From Candidatus Aminicenantes bacterium (GTDB lineage: Bacteria; Acidobacteriota; Aminicenantia; Aminicenantales; Saccharicenantaceae): a stretch of DNA of 64,000 bases. Below, piece after piece: positions 10,223 through 18,972 of the stretch (positions are counted from its first letter, which is position 1; the number at the start of each line of letters is the position of its first letter). The notes beneath the pieces were generated by a model. The model was not told the origin of the DNA, made no database searches, and saw only the letters and a list, made by a program, of their open reading frames with translations. The DNA lies in contig CAVULT010000004.1 of NCBI GenBank assembly GCA_963742235.1, forward strand, positions 25,765 through 89,764, in the 5' to 3' direction. The translations under genes were made by a program, and so were the position numbers.

Positions 10223-10915
10223 TCAGATCTCCTTGCCGGATTGTTCAGGGTTCCGGATCCCTTCCAGAATGAACCGCGTCAGGATTTCGGGCGCGCGGGG
10301 AGAAAGCGGGGCGTCTCCCTCCCAGAACATCATGTGCGTGTAACCCTGGAGCACGGACTCGATGAAGGCCGAGGCCTGACCGGCGTCCAGGCTGCGGAAC
10401 TCGCCCGACGCGACGCCCTCCTCGAGGATGCGGGCGCCCGCTCCGATCAGCTCCTGACGCTTCTCTCTGAGCATGGCCAGCATCTTCCGGTCCGCCTGCA
10501 GGGAGGCGCCCGGCTTGCCGGGAGGGGTCGCAAATACGCGCATGAGCTTGAGCATGGCCTTGTCCATCCACAGGACCCGGTAGACCTGCTTCATGTCTTC
10601 GCTGCTCCGGAGGACGGCCTGGACGAGACGGCGGAGCTTGTCGCCGGCGCTGCCCGGGGAGTCGACGATGCCGGTCAGCCGCTCCCGGATGTCGTCGAAC
10701 GAATGGCCCAGGATCTCGAAGAGCAGGGGGCCCTTGCCCGCGACGTATTTGTAGACCGTGGCCTTCGAAAGCTGGGCCTCCCGGGCGACGTCGTCCATCG
10801 TCAGGGCGCCGTAGCCCTTGCGCAGGATGACGCGCGCGGCGGCGTGAAGGATGACTTCCCGGTAGCCTTCGCGCCGGCGGACCTCGCGCTCGCGGCGAAC
10901 CTCGCTTGTTTTCAT
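10223..10915 (-). CDS. TetR/AcrR family transcriptional regulator (first gene of the efflux operon)
   Basis: The N-terminal HTH reads ILHAAARVILRKGYGALTMDDVAREAQLSKATVYKYV. The stop lies 1 nt before the TolC start. Confidence 0.9.
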   Translation of the reverse strand: MKTSEVRREREVRRREGYREVILHAAARVILRKGYGALTMDDVAREAQLSKATVYKYVAGKGPLLFEILGHSFDDIRERLTGIVDSPGSAGDKLRRLVQAVLRSSEDMKQVYRVLWMDKAMLKLMRVFATPPGKPGASLQADRKMLAMLREKRQELIGAGARILEEGVASGEFRSLDAGQASAFIESVLQGYTHMMFWEGDAPLSPRAPEILTRFILEGIRNPEQSGKEI

Positions 10916-10940
10916 GGATTTGAACCTGTCAGTTTAAAGA

Positions 10941-10979
10941 GTGAACTTATGAGTTCATAATATGAACTTTAAAGTTCAC
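10941..10979. promoter_or_regulatory. Candidate TetR operator (nested inverted repeats)
   Basis: Perfect palindrome AGTTCATA-a-TATGAACT (10952-10968), flanked by GTGAACTT (10941-10948) and AAGTTCAC (10972-10979). It lies 26 nt upstream of the tetR start. Confidence 0.4.
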
Positions 10980-11062
10980 ACAGAATACGCGCTACGGAAT
11001 CATTTGTCAAGGGCCTTGGGACCGCTGTAAAATAAAGGGGTCTGGGAGTTCTACGACAGGCG

Positions 11063-11773
11063 ATGGAAAAAGGTTTCGTGCCGCGCCTCTCCAGACCCCT
11101 CGTGGGGGCGATCCTCGCCGCCTGTCTCCTTTCGATCCCCGCCCTGACGGCGAAGCCTCCGGCCGGGGATGCCGCCGGGATCGCCGCCCCTTGGTGGAGC
11201 GTCCGGTTGGAGATCACGGCCAAGGGCGGGTATGCCGTCAGCGGCGGCGAGGCGCCGGTCACCGGGGACTATGCCTGCCGGGTCCTCTGGGAGGGACGGC
11301 TGGAGCCGGACGACGAGGATTTCCTCCTGGTCCACCTCAGGACGGAGATCCTGGAGTGGCGGCTCGGGGAGAGATCAGGACCGGCCGGACGCGAAAGCGT
11401 CCTCGAGGCTCCGGCGGCGAGCGGGCCGGCCGTGCGGATGAATTATGTGATCAAGGACGGCCGGGAGATCGAGTTCTTCTTCGACCTCGACGGGATCTCC
11501 ATTCCCTTGCATGCTTCGCCGCTCGCCGTCGCCCTCGAGCTGCCGCGCTCATCGGGGCGAACACCGGGAGGGCGGGGCAAGGCCTACGGCGATTTCGTCG
11601 GCCACGGCTCGTGCCGGGTCGTCATCCCCGAGACCGACCTGGAGCAGCGGAGCCCCAAGCGGCATTTCTCCTGGGACTGGCGGAGGGAAAGACAGTATGT
11701 CCGGAGCGGCCGGATCTTGACCGTGTCCCAAAGCCATGCGGCCGAGGCCGACGTCAGCGTCACGATTCACTGA
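11063..11773 (+). CDS. Hypothetical secreted protein
   Basis: Signal-peptide-like N-terminus (LVGAILAACLLSIPALTA). No recognisable domain. Codon usage is host-like. Confidence 0.45.
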   Translation: MEKGFVPRLSRPLVGAILAACLLSIPALTAKPPAGDAAGIAAPWWSVRLEITAKGGYAVSGGEAPVTGDYACRVLWEGRLEPDDEDFLLVHLRTEILEWRLGERSGPAGRESVLEAPAASGPAVRMNYVIKDGREIEFFFDLDGISIPLHASPLAVALELPRSSGRTPGGRGKAYGDFVGHGSCRVVIPETDLEQRSPKRHFSWDWRRERQYVRSGRILTVSQSHAAEADVSVTIH

Positions 11774-11780
11774 TCCGCCG

Positions 11781-12683
11781 TCAGGCCCGGGGGTGAAACT
11801 TGTCGTAGACGCGGCGAAGCCGCTCCCGGCTGACATGGGTGTAGATCTGCGTCGTCGTGATCTGGCTGTGGCCGAGCATGAGCTGGACCGAGCGCAGGTC
11901 CGCGCCGCGCTCGAGCAGGTGCGTCGCGAACGAGTGTCTGAGGACGTGGGGGCTGATCTTGGCCGAAAGTCCGGCTTTGACGGCTTGCTGGCGGAGGAGC
12001 TTCCAAACCCCCTGGCGGGTGAAGGGCCGGCCCCGGCGCGACAGGAAGAGCTCCTCTCTTCCATCGGGATCGACCAGGGGCCGGACCTCGTCGAGATAGC
12101 GCCTGATGGCCCTGCAGGACGAACGGCCGAGCGGGACGATCCTCTCCTTGCCCCCCTTGCCCCGGCAGACCAGGAAGCCGTCTTCGAGGTTGATCTCGGC
12201 GGTCTTGAGGTTGGCCAGCTCCGAGACCCGGAGACCGGAGCCGTAGAGGACCTCGAGCATGGCCCGGTCCCTGAGACCCCGGGGCTTCTTCTCGTCGGGA
12301 GCCTGGAGGAGCGCCTCGGCCTCGGCGACCGTCAGGAACTTGGGCAGGGCGAGCCACGTCGAGGGCGTGGTCAGCTGGGTCGTGGCATCCGTCTTGAGAT
12401 ACCCGCTGAGGACAAGGAAGCGGAAAAAGGACCGGAGCGCGGAGATGAGGCGGGCCAGGGACCTGGCCGAAAGGCCCCCCTCGCTCTCGCCGTGGATGAA
12501 GCGGACAAGGGTGTCCTCGGAGATCCGAAGGAGCGGGATCCTGCGCGCCTTGAGGGTGTCGACGAGCTTGCGGAGGTCTCGTTGATACGACTGGATCGTG
12601 TTCGGGGAGAGGCCTTTTTCGACGGCCAGGTATTCGAGGAACAGGCGCAGGGCATCCTCGGGCGAGGAGGCTGGAGATCTCAT
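11781..12683 (-). CDS. xerD: Site-specific tyrosine recombinase XerD
   Basis: 300 aa. Motifs: LFLEYLAVEKGLSPNTIQSYQRDL, RDRAMLEVLYGSGLRVSEL, HVLRHSFATHLLERGADLRSVQLMLGHSQITTTQIYTHV, ending ...HPRA as in XerD. The ATG overlaps the upstream stop (ATGA). Confidence 0.8.
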   Translation of the reverse strand: MRSPASSPEDALRLFLEYLAVEKGLSPNTIQSYQRDLRKLVDTLKARRIPLLRISEDTLVRFIHGESEGGLSARSLARLISALRSFFRFLVLSGYLKTDATTQLTTPSTWLALPKFLTVAEAEALLQAPDEKKPRGLRDRAMLEVLYGSGLRVSELANLKTAEINLEDGFLVCRGKGGKERIVPLGRSSCRAIRRYLDEVRPLVDPDGREELFLSRRGRPFTRQGVWKLLRQQAVKAGLSAKISPHVLRHSFATHLLERGADLRSVQLMLGHSQITTTQIYTHVSRERLRRVYDKFHPRA

Positions 12684-13300
12684 GTCAGGAAGGGATTGGA
12701 GCTGCGCTCCTGCTCGACCGTGGTCCAGGGGCCGTGGCCGGGCAGAACGACCGTTTCCCCGGGGAGCGTGAGGATGCGCTCCCGGATCGATTTCTCGAGG
12801 TCCTTCCAGGAGCCGCCGGGAAGGTCGGTCCGGCCGACGCCGCCGCAGAAAAGCGTGTCCCCGGAGAAGAGGTACCCGCCGTGCACGAAGCCGACGCTGC
12901 CCGGGGTATGCCCGGGCGTGTGGATGACCCGGAGCGCGGCCTGGCCGAAGGTGATCTCGTCGCCGTCGTCGAGGAGGCGGTCCGGCGCCGGCGAGTTGCG
13001 GGCCCCGAGCAGGAGGCTGAGCTCGATGTAGTCGGAGACCTGGAGCATGCCGGTGTCGGCGGCGTGCATGGCCAGGGGCACGGAGTATTTCCGGACGATG
13101 TCGCTGTTGGCGCCGATGTGATCGACGTGGCCGTGGGTGTTGAGGACGACCACGGGTTTGAGCTCCAGGTCGGCGATGGTCGAGATGATCTTCTCGGGAT
13201 CGGCGCCGGGGTCGATGACGGCGCAGGCGCGCGTCTCTTCGCAGTACACGAGGTAGCAGTTCGTCTCGAGGGCCCCGACCACCACCAGCTCGTATTTCAT
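12680..13300 (-). CDS. MBL-fold metallo-hydrolase (glyoxalase II-like)
   Basis: THGHVDH (HxHxDH) motif, followed by later His/Asp ligands (HTPGHTPGS, GDTLF). Confidence 0.85.
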   Translation of the reverse strand: MKYELVVVGALETNCYLVYCEETRACAVIDPGADPEKIISTIADLELKPVVVLNTHGHVDHIGANSDIVRKYSVPLAMHAADTGMLQVSDYIELSLLLGARNSPAPDRLLDDGDEITFGQAALRVIHTPGHTPGSVGFVHGGYLFSGDTLFCGGVGRTDLPGGSWKDLEKSIRERILTLPGETVVLPGHGPWTTVEQERSSNPFLT

Positions 13301-13694
13301 AGCCCCATCCCTGAAGCCATCTTAATGCCAAAATTCCCGCGAGTCAACCGACGGTCTAGAATGCGGTTACCCAGCCTTCCATCGGCCGCGAAACGGCTCG
13401 GAGTGCTGCTTCTCCCTCCGGCGGGGAGCGGACTCTTGGAAGCGACCATCAGCACCGCTCCGGAATGACCTGGAGGAGCGGTGCTGGGAAATATCTTGGT
13501 AAATCCCTCTTCTAAGATACTTATCAGAATCATGGCTTCGAGTGCTCAGCTATGATTCTGAGGTCCGCTCCCAGGAGTTCGCTCCCCGTGGGCGGTTTCC
13601 CCTGAAACTACCCTCGTCCGCCACGCTGCCCGGCTAAACTTTCCCAATGTCGGGTTCAGCAGTCCCTCCTCGCCGCGATTGATCCGCGGCCTCC

Positions 13695-14165
13695 ATGAAG
13701 ATCCGGGACACGAAGAAAGCCCACTTCATGATCGGGGTGAAAAACGAGTATAATCAACGCGTGGACGTGCTGATCATCCCGGAGGCGCACCGCGAGATCG
13801 ACGCGCTGCGGGCGTTCCGGCCGCGGACAGGGGCATGGGGGGCGATCGTCGGGCACAGACGGGGGTCCCGGTTCATCGTCGAAAAAATCGTGGCCGCCGG
13901 AAATCCCGGGACCGTGCCGGACGAGAGGATCCTCGCGGAGCTCGACAGGATCTGGCCCGGAAGGATCATCGGGATCGCCGTGGTGCGTCCGGGCGCCGCA
14001 TTCAAGAAGGCCCTGCTCGGCCCGGCCTGGTACGCGAGGCTCGTCCTCCAATTGACCGGCCCGACCAAGGCGGCGGTCCTCCGCTCGTATGTGGTCGAGT
14101 TCGAACGAAAGTTCTGTCCTCGATCCGGTCCCGTCCGCGCCGGCCGCAAAGGAGAGATCCCATGA
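13695..14165 (+). CDS. Hypothetical protein
   Basis: 156-aa ORF. Its stop overlaps the ATG of the next gene (ATGA at 14162-14165), which suggests translational coupling. No motif recognised. Confidence 0.4.
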   Translation: MKIRDTKKAHFMIGVKNEYNQRVDVLIIPEAHREIDALRAFRPRTGAWGAIVGHRRGSRFIVEKIVAAGNPGTVPDERILAELDRIWPGRIIGIAVVRPGAAFKKALLGPAWYARLVLQLTGPTKAAVLRSYVVEFERKFCPRSGPVRAGRKGEIP

Positions 14166-14708
14166 GTGAACCCCTGACGGCGGAAGAGGAACGTCTGTGT
14201 CTGAAGCTCGCCCGCCAGGCTCTCGAGCATTATTTCGCGACCGGGCGGCACCTCCGCTCGCCGGTCAGGTCCGGCGCCCTCGAGGGAGAAGCGGGGCGCG
14301 TTCGTGACCCTGACCGTGGACGGGGAGCTGCGCGGCTGCATCGGCTATCCCCTGCCGGTGAAGCCGCTCGACGAGACCATCATCGAGATGGCCGTCGCGG
14401 CGGCCACCCAGGATACGCGGTTCGAGCCGCTCTCGCCTGACGAGCTGAAAAAGCTGAAGATCGAGATATCGGTCCTGGGTCTGCCCGAACCCGTGAGCGA
14501 CCCCGGCCAAGTCCAGGTCGGCTGCCACGGGATCATCGTCTCGAAGGGCTTTTCCAAAGGGCTGCTTTTGCCCCAGGTCCCGGTGGAACAAGGCTGGGAC
14601 CGGGAGACCTATCTCCGCCACGGCTGTCTCAAGGCCGGGCTCCCTCCCGAAGAATGGAAAAAGGGGGCGAAACTCGAGGTCTTCACCGCCCAGGTCTTTT
14701 CCGAATAG
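14162..14708 (+). pseudogene. AMMECR1 domain protein with one frame change (possibly artefact)
   Basis: N-terminal MSEPLTAEEERLCLKLARQALEHYFATG is in one frame. The core GAFVTLTVDGELRGCIGYP... is in another (ORF 14304-14708). The switch lies before 14300, near the G4 run at 14293-14296. Confidence 0.7.
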
Positions 14709-14726
14709 CCGCCCGCGCGGGCCGGC

Positions 14727-15512
14727 TCACTTTTTCAGTTTCGGCTTGATGGCGTCGAGTTCCGTTTTGGCGTCGGCCTTCAGGACATCGTCCTTCGAGG
14801 TTGTCTTCGGCAGGTCGATCGCCTTCTCAAAGGACTGGGCCGCCTCGTCGTATTTCTTCTCGGCGACGAGCGTCCGTCCGAGCTCGAGGTAATGGTTGAC
14901 GAATTCGGGGTGGAGCTCGATGGCCTTGCGGAGATCTTTTTCCGACTCCACGTTGGATCCCTTCGGGATGGACCCGTACATGATGCCGCCGAAGAAGCGC
15001 TTGGCGCCGCCGATCTCGGCCATCCGGCGGTTCCAGCGTCCCAGGGCGTGGTAGGCCAGGTGGTTCGTCGGGTCGAGCTCAATGGCCTTGTCGATCTCGG
15101 CCTTGACCTCCTTCGAAGCTTCGATCTGCTCCTTCTTGCCGAGCATGAGAAGGCGCTTGCCGTTGGCGGCGGCCAGCTGGAAATGGCCCCAGGTGTCGTT
15201 GGGGTTGGCGTCGACGGCCTTCCTGGCCAGGGCGGTCGCGTCGGTGTACAGCTTCATCTGCCTGTCCTTGACGTCCTTGTCGGTCGCCGGGATGACGTCG
15301 GCGATGTCGACCATGGCCCGCGAGGCCTTCCAGAGCGCCTCGTAATCCGCGGGCTCGAGTTTCAGGGCCGCCTGATAGTGCTCGAGGGCGGCTTGGTCGT
15401 CGAACTTGGCGTACGCGGCGTCGCCCTCCGCAATGTGTTCGGCCGCCGTTTGGGCCAGGGCTGGCCCGGCGAGGAAGGCGGCAATGGCGAAAGCAAGCAG
15501 GATCTTCTTCAT
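14727..15512 (-). CDS. Secreted TPR-repeat protein
   Basis: Signal peptide MKKILLAFAIAAFLAGPALA, followed by repeated A..Y..AL.L.P TPR-like helices. Confidence 0.7.
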   Translation of the reverse strand: MKKILLAFAIAAFLAGPALAQTAAEHIAEGDAAYAKFDDQAALEHYQAALKLEPADYEALWKASRAMVDIADVIPATDKDVKDRQMKLYTDATALARKAVDANPNDTWGHFQLAAANGKRLLMLGKKEQIEASKEVKAEIDKAIELDPTNHLAYHALGRWNRRMAEIGGAKRFFGGIMYGSIPKGSNVESEKDLRKAIELHPEFVNHYLELGRTLVAEKKYDEAAQSFEKAIDLPKTTSKDDVLKADAKTELDAIKPKLKK

Positions 15513-15558
15513 TTTTTCCCTCCGTGCCCCCTACCTATTAATGATTTCGACGGAAATG

Positions 15559-16983
15559 TCAAGCCTGACGACCGTCCGGACAGGGGCGGCGGCCCCGGAA
15601 TCGCTCGACCAGAAGGCCCGCCAGGAACCCGGCGGCGCCGAGGGCGACGCCTGCGGGAAGAGACCGCGGCCAGGCAGGGACCGGGAGGATCGGGAGCCCC
15701 GATTCGCCCAGGAATGAAACGACCGCGTAGCCCCCGCCGAGGGTGAGCCCGAGGAGACCGGCCAGGGGCGCCCGCTTCTTCAAGAACAGGGCGGCGACGC
15801 CCGGCACGAGCAGGCCTTCGGCCATGATCGTGGAGGCCAGGCCGAGGGTCTTGAGGATGTCCCCCAGCCGGGCGGCGATGAGGAGCGCGCCCAGGGCCAG
15901 GGCCGAGGTCGCGACCCTGGCCATAAGCAGCGGCCGGCGGCCGGCGCCCTGTCCCGTCCGCTTTCCGAGAAGCTCCCTGGTCAGCGTCATGGCCCCGGCG
16001 TTGAGGGCGGCGTCCATCGTCGAAAAGATGGCCGCCAGGACGGCCACGAAGAGGAGCCCGCCGAGGAACGACCCGGCTTCGCGGCCGACGAACCGGGTGA
16101 CGAGAGGAATGCCCCTCCCGCCGTCCGGGAAGAGCGGAAGAAAGAGCATGCCCGCGGCGACGATGCCGGCGTAGAAGAGGCCCAAGAGCACGGCGGCCGC
16201 CGACGTTCCGGCGCGCGAGGCCGCGTCGCTCCGGGCGGCCTGCATCCTCTGCCAGGCGATGGGAGAGATCGTCCAGGCCAGGACAAAGGACAGGGCGATG
16301 AGGAGGTTGCGCTCCGCCCCGGAGAAGACGTCGAAATAGCCCGCCTTTCCGGACCCGGCCGCGGCGGCGCGCACGGCGCCCCAGGTCGTCCGCGAAGCCA
16401 GGGCCGCCACCATCCCGGCGACTCCGGCGACGAGGAGGACAAATTGGAGGACATGGGTCCTGGTCACGGCCTGCAAACCGCCGGCGGCGGAGTAGACCAT
16501 GACGATCCCCGAGGCGAGGAGAAGGCTCAGGAAGGGACCCGTTCCCAGAAACGCGCCCAGGAAGGGCCCGGCCGCGACCATCTGCGATGCGGCCATGACG
16601 ACCATGTACCAGACGACGAGAACGGTCGTCAGCGTCCCGGCCGTCCGGCCGTAGCGGTCGCGCATCAGCGAGGAGGGGGTCAGGCCGGAGACCGCCCGGA
16701 TCGGCCGGGTGAGGGCCGTCAGAATGAGCAGCGTCGCGACCGCGGGCAGGCCGACGATCCAGATCGCGCTGACGCCGTCGCGGCAGGCTTCGTCGGTCGA
16801 GACGAGAAGAGAGGCCGCCCCGATCCACGAGGCGCAGAGGGAGAAGGCCACGCGACCGGCGCCGAGCCGCCTCGAAGCCAGAAAGAACGAATCCAGGCTC
16901 CCGGGCCGCCGCCTGAGGCCGAGCCCGGCCGCCCAGAGAACGGCCGCATAGGCGATGATGGCCAGGACAAAGCCGGATTTCAT
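15559..16983 (-). CDS. Sodium:solute symporter (SSS) family transporter
   Basis: Multi-TM protein. The N-terminus MKSGFVLAIIAYAAVLWAAGLGLRRR...SFFLASRRLG is typical of the SSS family. Start is at 16983; the longer ORF runs through the palindrome. Confidence 0.8.
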   Translation of the reverse strand: MKSGFVLAIIAYAAVLWAAGLGLRRRPGSLDSFFLASRRLGAGRVAFSLCASWIGAASLLVSTDEACRDGVSAIWIVGLPAVATLLILTALTRPIRAVSGLTPSSLMRDRYGRTAGTLTTVLVVWYMVVMAASQMVAAGPFLGAFLGTGPFLSLLLASGIVMVYSAAGGLQAVTRTHVLQFVLLVAGVAGMVAALASRTTWGAVRAAAAGSGKAGYFDVFSGAERNLLIALSFVLAWTISPIAWQRMQAARSDAASRAGTSAAAVLLGLFYAGIVAAGMLFLPLFPDGGRGIPLVTRFVGREAGSFLGGLLFVAVLAAIFSTMDAALNAGAMTLTRELLGKRTGQGAGRRPLLMARVATSALALGALLIAARLGDILKTLGLASTIMAEGLLVPGVAALFLKKRAPLAGLLGLTLGGGYAVVSFLGESGLPILPVPAWPRSLPAGVALGAAGFLAGLLVERFRGRRPCPDGRQA

Positions 16984-17001
16984 ATTCGGGGAGTATATCA
17001 G

Positions 17002-17059
17002 GAAAATGGGGACGTTTCTGTTTTTCGCCAAGCTGAAAAACAGAAACGTCCCCATTTTC
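17002..17059. repeat. Perfect 25-bp-stem palindrome (H1) in a divergent intergenic region
   Basis: GAAAATGGGGACGTTTCTGTTTTTC (17002-17026), loop gccaagct, then GAAAAACAGAAACGTCCCCATTTTC (17035-17059). Confidence 0.9.
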
Positions 17060-17075
17060 AGCTATAATATCCGCC

Positions 17076-17782
17076 ATGAAGCGCGCGATCGTGGCCGCCC
17101 TGGGGAGGCTCGCCCTCGCGGCCGTCCTTATGCCGCGGCCGCGCCGGCGGCCTCGGCCGCCCCGGTGGCCCTGTCCCCCGACGAGGCCTTGGCCAGGCTG
17201 GAACAGGCCCTCAAGGCCGCGACAACCCTCCAGGCCCGCTTCGAGCAGCTCTATTATTCCATGTCGATCTCGGAGCCTCTGCGCGAAAAGGGCGATCTTT
17301 TCCTGCAGAAGCCCGACCGCATGCGCTGGAACTACAAGACCCCCCAGGAGAAGGTCTTCCTCTACAAAGAAGGCGTGCTGGAGATGTATCTGCCCGAAGA
17401 TAAACAGCTCACCCGGAGCCCGGTCTCCAAGGAGGCCCTGGAGTCCGACATCATCGGCATCTTCCTCGGGACGATGTCCTTCCGCGACGCCTATATCGTC
17501 GAGGACAGCCCCTTCCCGACGGACGCGACGACCCGCGTCCGCCAGGTCAAGCTGACCCCCAGGACGGAGGGCGACTATACCCACATCCTCCTCGAGATCG
17601 ACGAGACGACCTGGCTCCTGCGCCGGGCCATCTTCCTCGAGTGGGCCGGGAACAAGCGCGAGTTCGTCTTCAGCCAGGTCCGGACCGGCGTGCGCATCCC
17701 GGACAAGACCTTCACCCTCAAGGTCCCGCCCGGGACCGAGATCATCGACGACACCGAAGGCGCCCGGCGCCAGGGACGATAA
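17076..17782 (+). pseudogene. LolA-like outer-membrane lipoprotein carrier protein with one frame change after the signal peptide (possibly artefact)
   Basis: Signal peptide MKRAIVAALGRLALAAVL is in the frame of ATG 17076. The mature LolA-like domain (LQARFEQLYYS...KGDLFLQKPDRMRWNY...) is in the frame of ORF 16955-17782. The switch lies near 17125-17135. Confidence 0.6.
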
Positions 17783-17803
17783 ACCATTCGGTCCGAGGCC
17801 CGT

Positions 17804-18394
17804 ATGAACACACGAGGGCAGGATGCTCTCTCGATGACAGAAGACCGCAAACTTGTGTCCCGGGCCCTCAGAGGAGACCGGAAGGCGTTCGAAATGATCG
17901 TCCGCAAATACGAGCAGCCGCTCACGAGCTACCTCGGCCGCATGACCGGGGAGCGTGAGGCGGCGCTCGATTTCGCCCAGGAGATCTTCCTCAAGGCCTA
18001 CTGCTCGCTGGCGTCTTATCGTCCCGACTTCAAGTTCAGCACCTGGCTGTTCAAGATCGCCTCGAACCACCTCATCGACCACTGGAGGAAGAAGAAGCTG
18101 CCGACCGTCTCCCTCGACCAGCCGGTCGACGACGACGAAGGTCCGCTCATGCCCCAGGTCGCCGATCCGGGGCCGTCGGTCGCCCGCAAGTTCGAGCTGG
18201 CCGAGATCCGGGAGAAGATCGAGCGGGCTCTGGCCTCCGTTCCGGAAACACTCCGGGAGCTGTTCGTCCTTCGGCACGTCAACGAGTTCTCGTACGAGGA
18301 GATCGCCGACATCAAGGGCCTGCCCGTCGGAACGGTCAAGAACCGCGTCTTCCAGGCCAAGGAATTATTGAGAAAGAGGATGGAGGGATCGTGA
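17804..18394 (+). CDS. ECF-type RNA polymerase sigma factor (sigma-70 family group 4)
   Basis: Region 2 reads FEMIVRKYEQPLTSYLGRM...AQEIFLKAY...FSTWLFKIASNHLIDHWRKK. Region 4 reads LRELFVLRHVNEFSYEEIADIKGLPVGTVKNRVFQAKELL. Confidence 0.9.
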   Translation: MNTRGQDALSMTEDRKLVSRALRGDRKAFEMIVRKYEQPLTSYLGRMTGEREAALDFAQEIFLKAYCSLASYRPDFKFSTWLFKIASNHLIDHWRKKKLPTVSLDQPVDDDEGPLMPQVADPGPSVARKFELAEIREKIERALASVPETLRELFVLRHVNEFSYEEIADIKGLPVGTVKNRVFQAKELLRKRMEGS

Positions 18395-18972
18395 CGTCCT
18401 GCCCGCGCCCCGAGAACATCTATCTCTACCTCGAGGGCGAGCTCGGCCCCTACGACGCCCGGAAGCTCGAAGAGCACGTCGACTGCTGCCCGGCCTGCCG
18501 CGACGCGCTGGCCGAGAGGCGGCTGCTCCACGAGGCCTTCACCACTCTCACCCCCTTCGAGGTGCCGGCCGGCTTCGCCCGGTCGGTCATGGACGGCCTG
18601 CCCGAGCCGGAAGTCCGCAAGGCCGGCTGGCTCTCGCCCCTCGTCGCGGCCATGACCGCCCTGGCCGTCGGGCTCCTCGGCTTCCGCATCTTCACCGGCC
18701 AGAACGTCTTCGACGTCCTGGTCGCCGTCAACAGCTTCTTCGGTTCGGTCATCGCCTTCGCGACACCCCTGGCCGCCAGGACGCTCAAGCTCGGGAACGT
18801 TCTTTTGGACGTCGCCGGCGACCTCCTGACCGTGGGCTTCGCGGGCCTGGAGACTTGCGCGCGCCTGCTGGGTACGGGAGGCGTCGTTCTCGTCATCGGC
18901 CTGGGGTCCCTCCTGTCGCTTCTCGCCTTCTTCGGGGCGAGACGATACCTCCGTCAGGGAGAACAATCATGA
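18391..18972 (+). CDS. Anti-sigma factor (zf-HC2 type), membrane-anchored
   Basis: The GTG start overlaps the sigma stop (GTGA). Has an H-x3-C-x2-C motif (EEHVDCCPACRD), followed by TM helices. Confidence 0.75.
   Translation: MTSCPRPENIYLYLEGELGPYDARKLEEHVDCCPACRDALAERRLLHEAFTTLTPFEVPAGFARSVMDGLPEPEVRKAGWLSPLVAAMTALAVGLLGFRIFTGQNVFDVLVAVNSFFGSVIAFATPLAARTLKLGNVLLDVAGDLLTVGFAGLETCARLLGTGGVVLVIGLGSLLSLLAFFGARRYLRQGEQS

Noticed and set aside
11781-12683. Tyrosine recombinase considered as a candidate island integrase.
   Set aside because: It has the full-length XerD signature including the …HPRA C-terminus, host-like GC content and housekeeping neighbours. It also lies more than 35 kb from either low-GC islet.
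13380-13500. Possible SRP (4.5S) RNA on the minus strand, because of a GGAGGGAGAAGCAGCAC box.
   Set aside because: The apical loop would be GGAG rather than a GNRA tetraloop, and I could not pair a convincing helix 8 or closing stem by eye. It is kept only as part of a generic 'structured gap' finding.
15509-18277. 922-aa ORF on the minus strand. The same applies to other very long ORFs: 5770-7776(+), 27908-29254(-), 29352-31322(+), 31511-33427(+), 33665-35917(-), 41788-44136(-), 44948-46561(-), 47033-48508(+) and 51786-52865(-).
   Set aside because: These are Arg/Gly/Pro/Asp-rich low-complexity translations lying antisense to, or out of frame with, genes that have clear family signatures. 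They are typical shadow ORFs of high-GC DNA.
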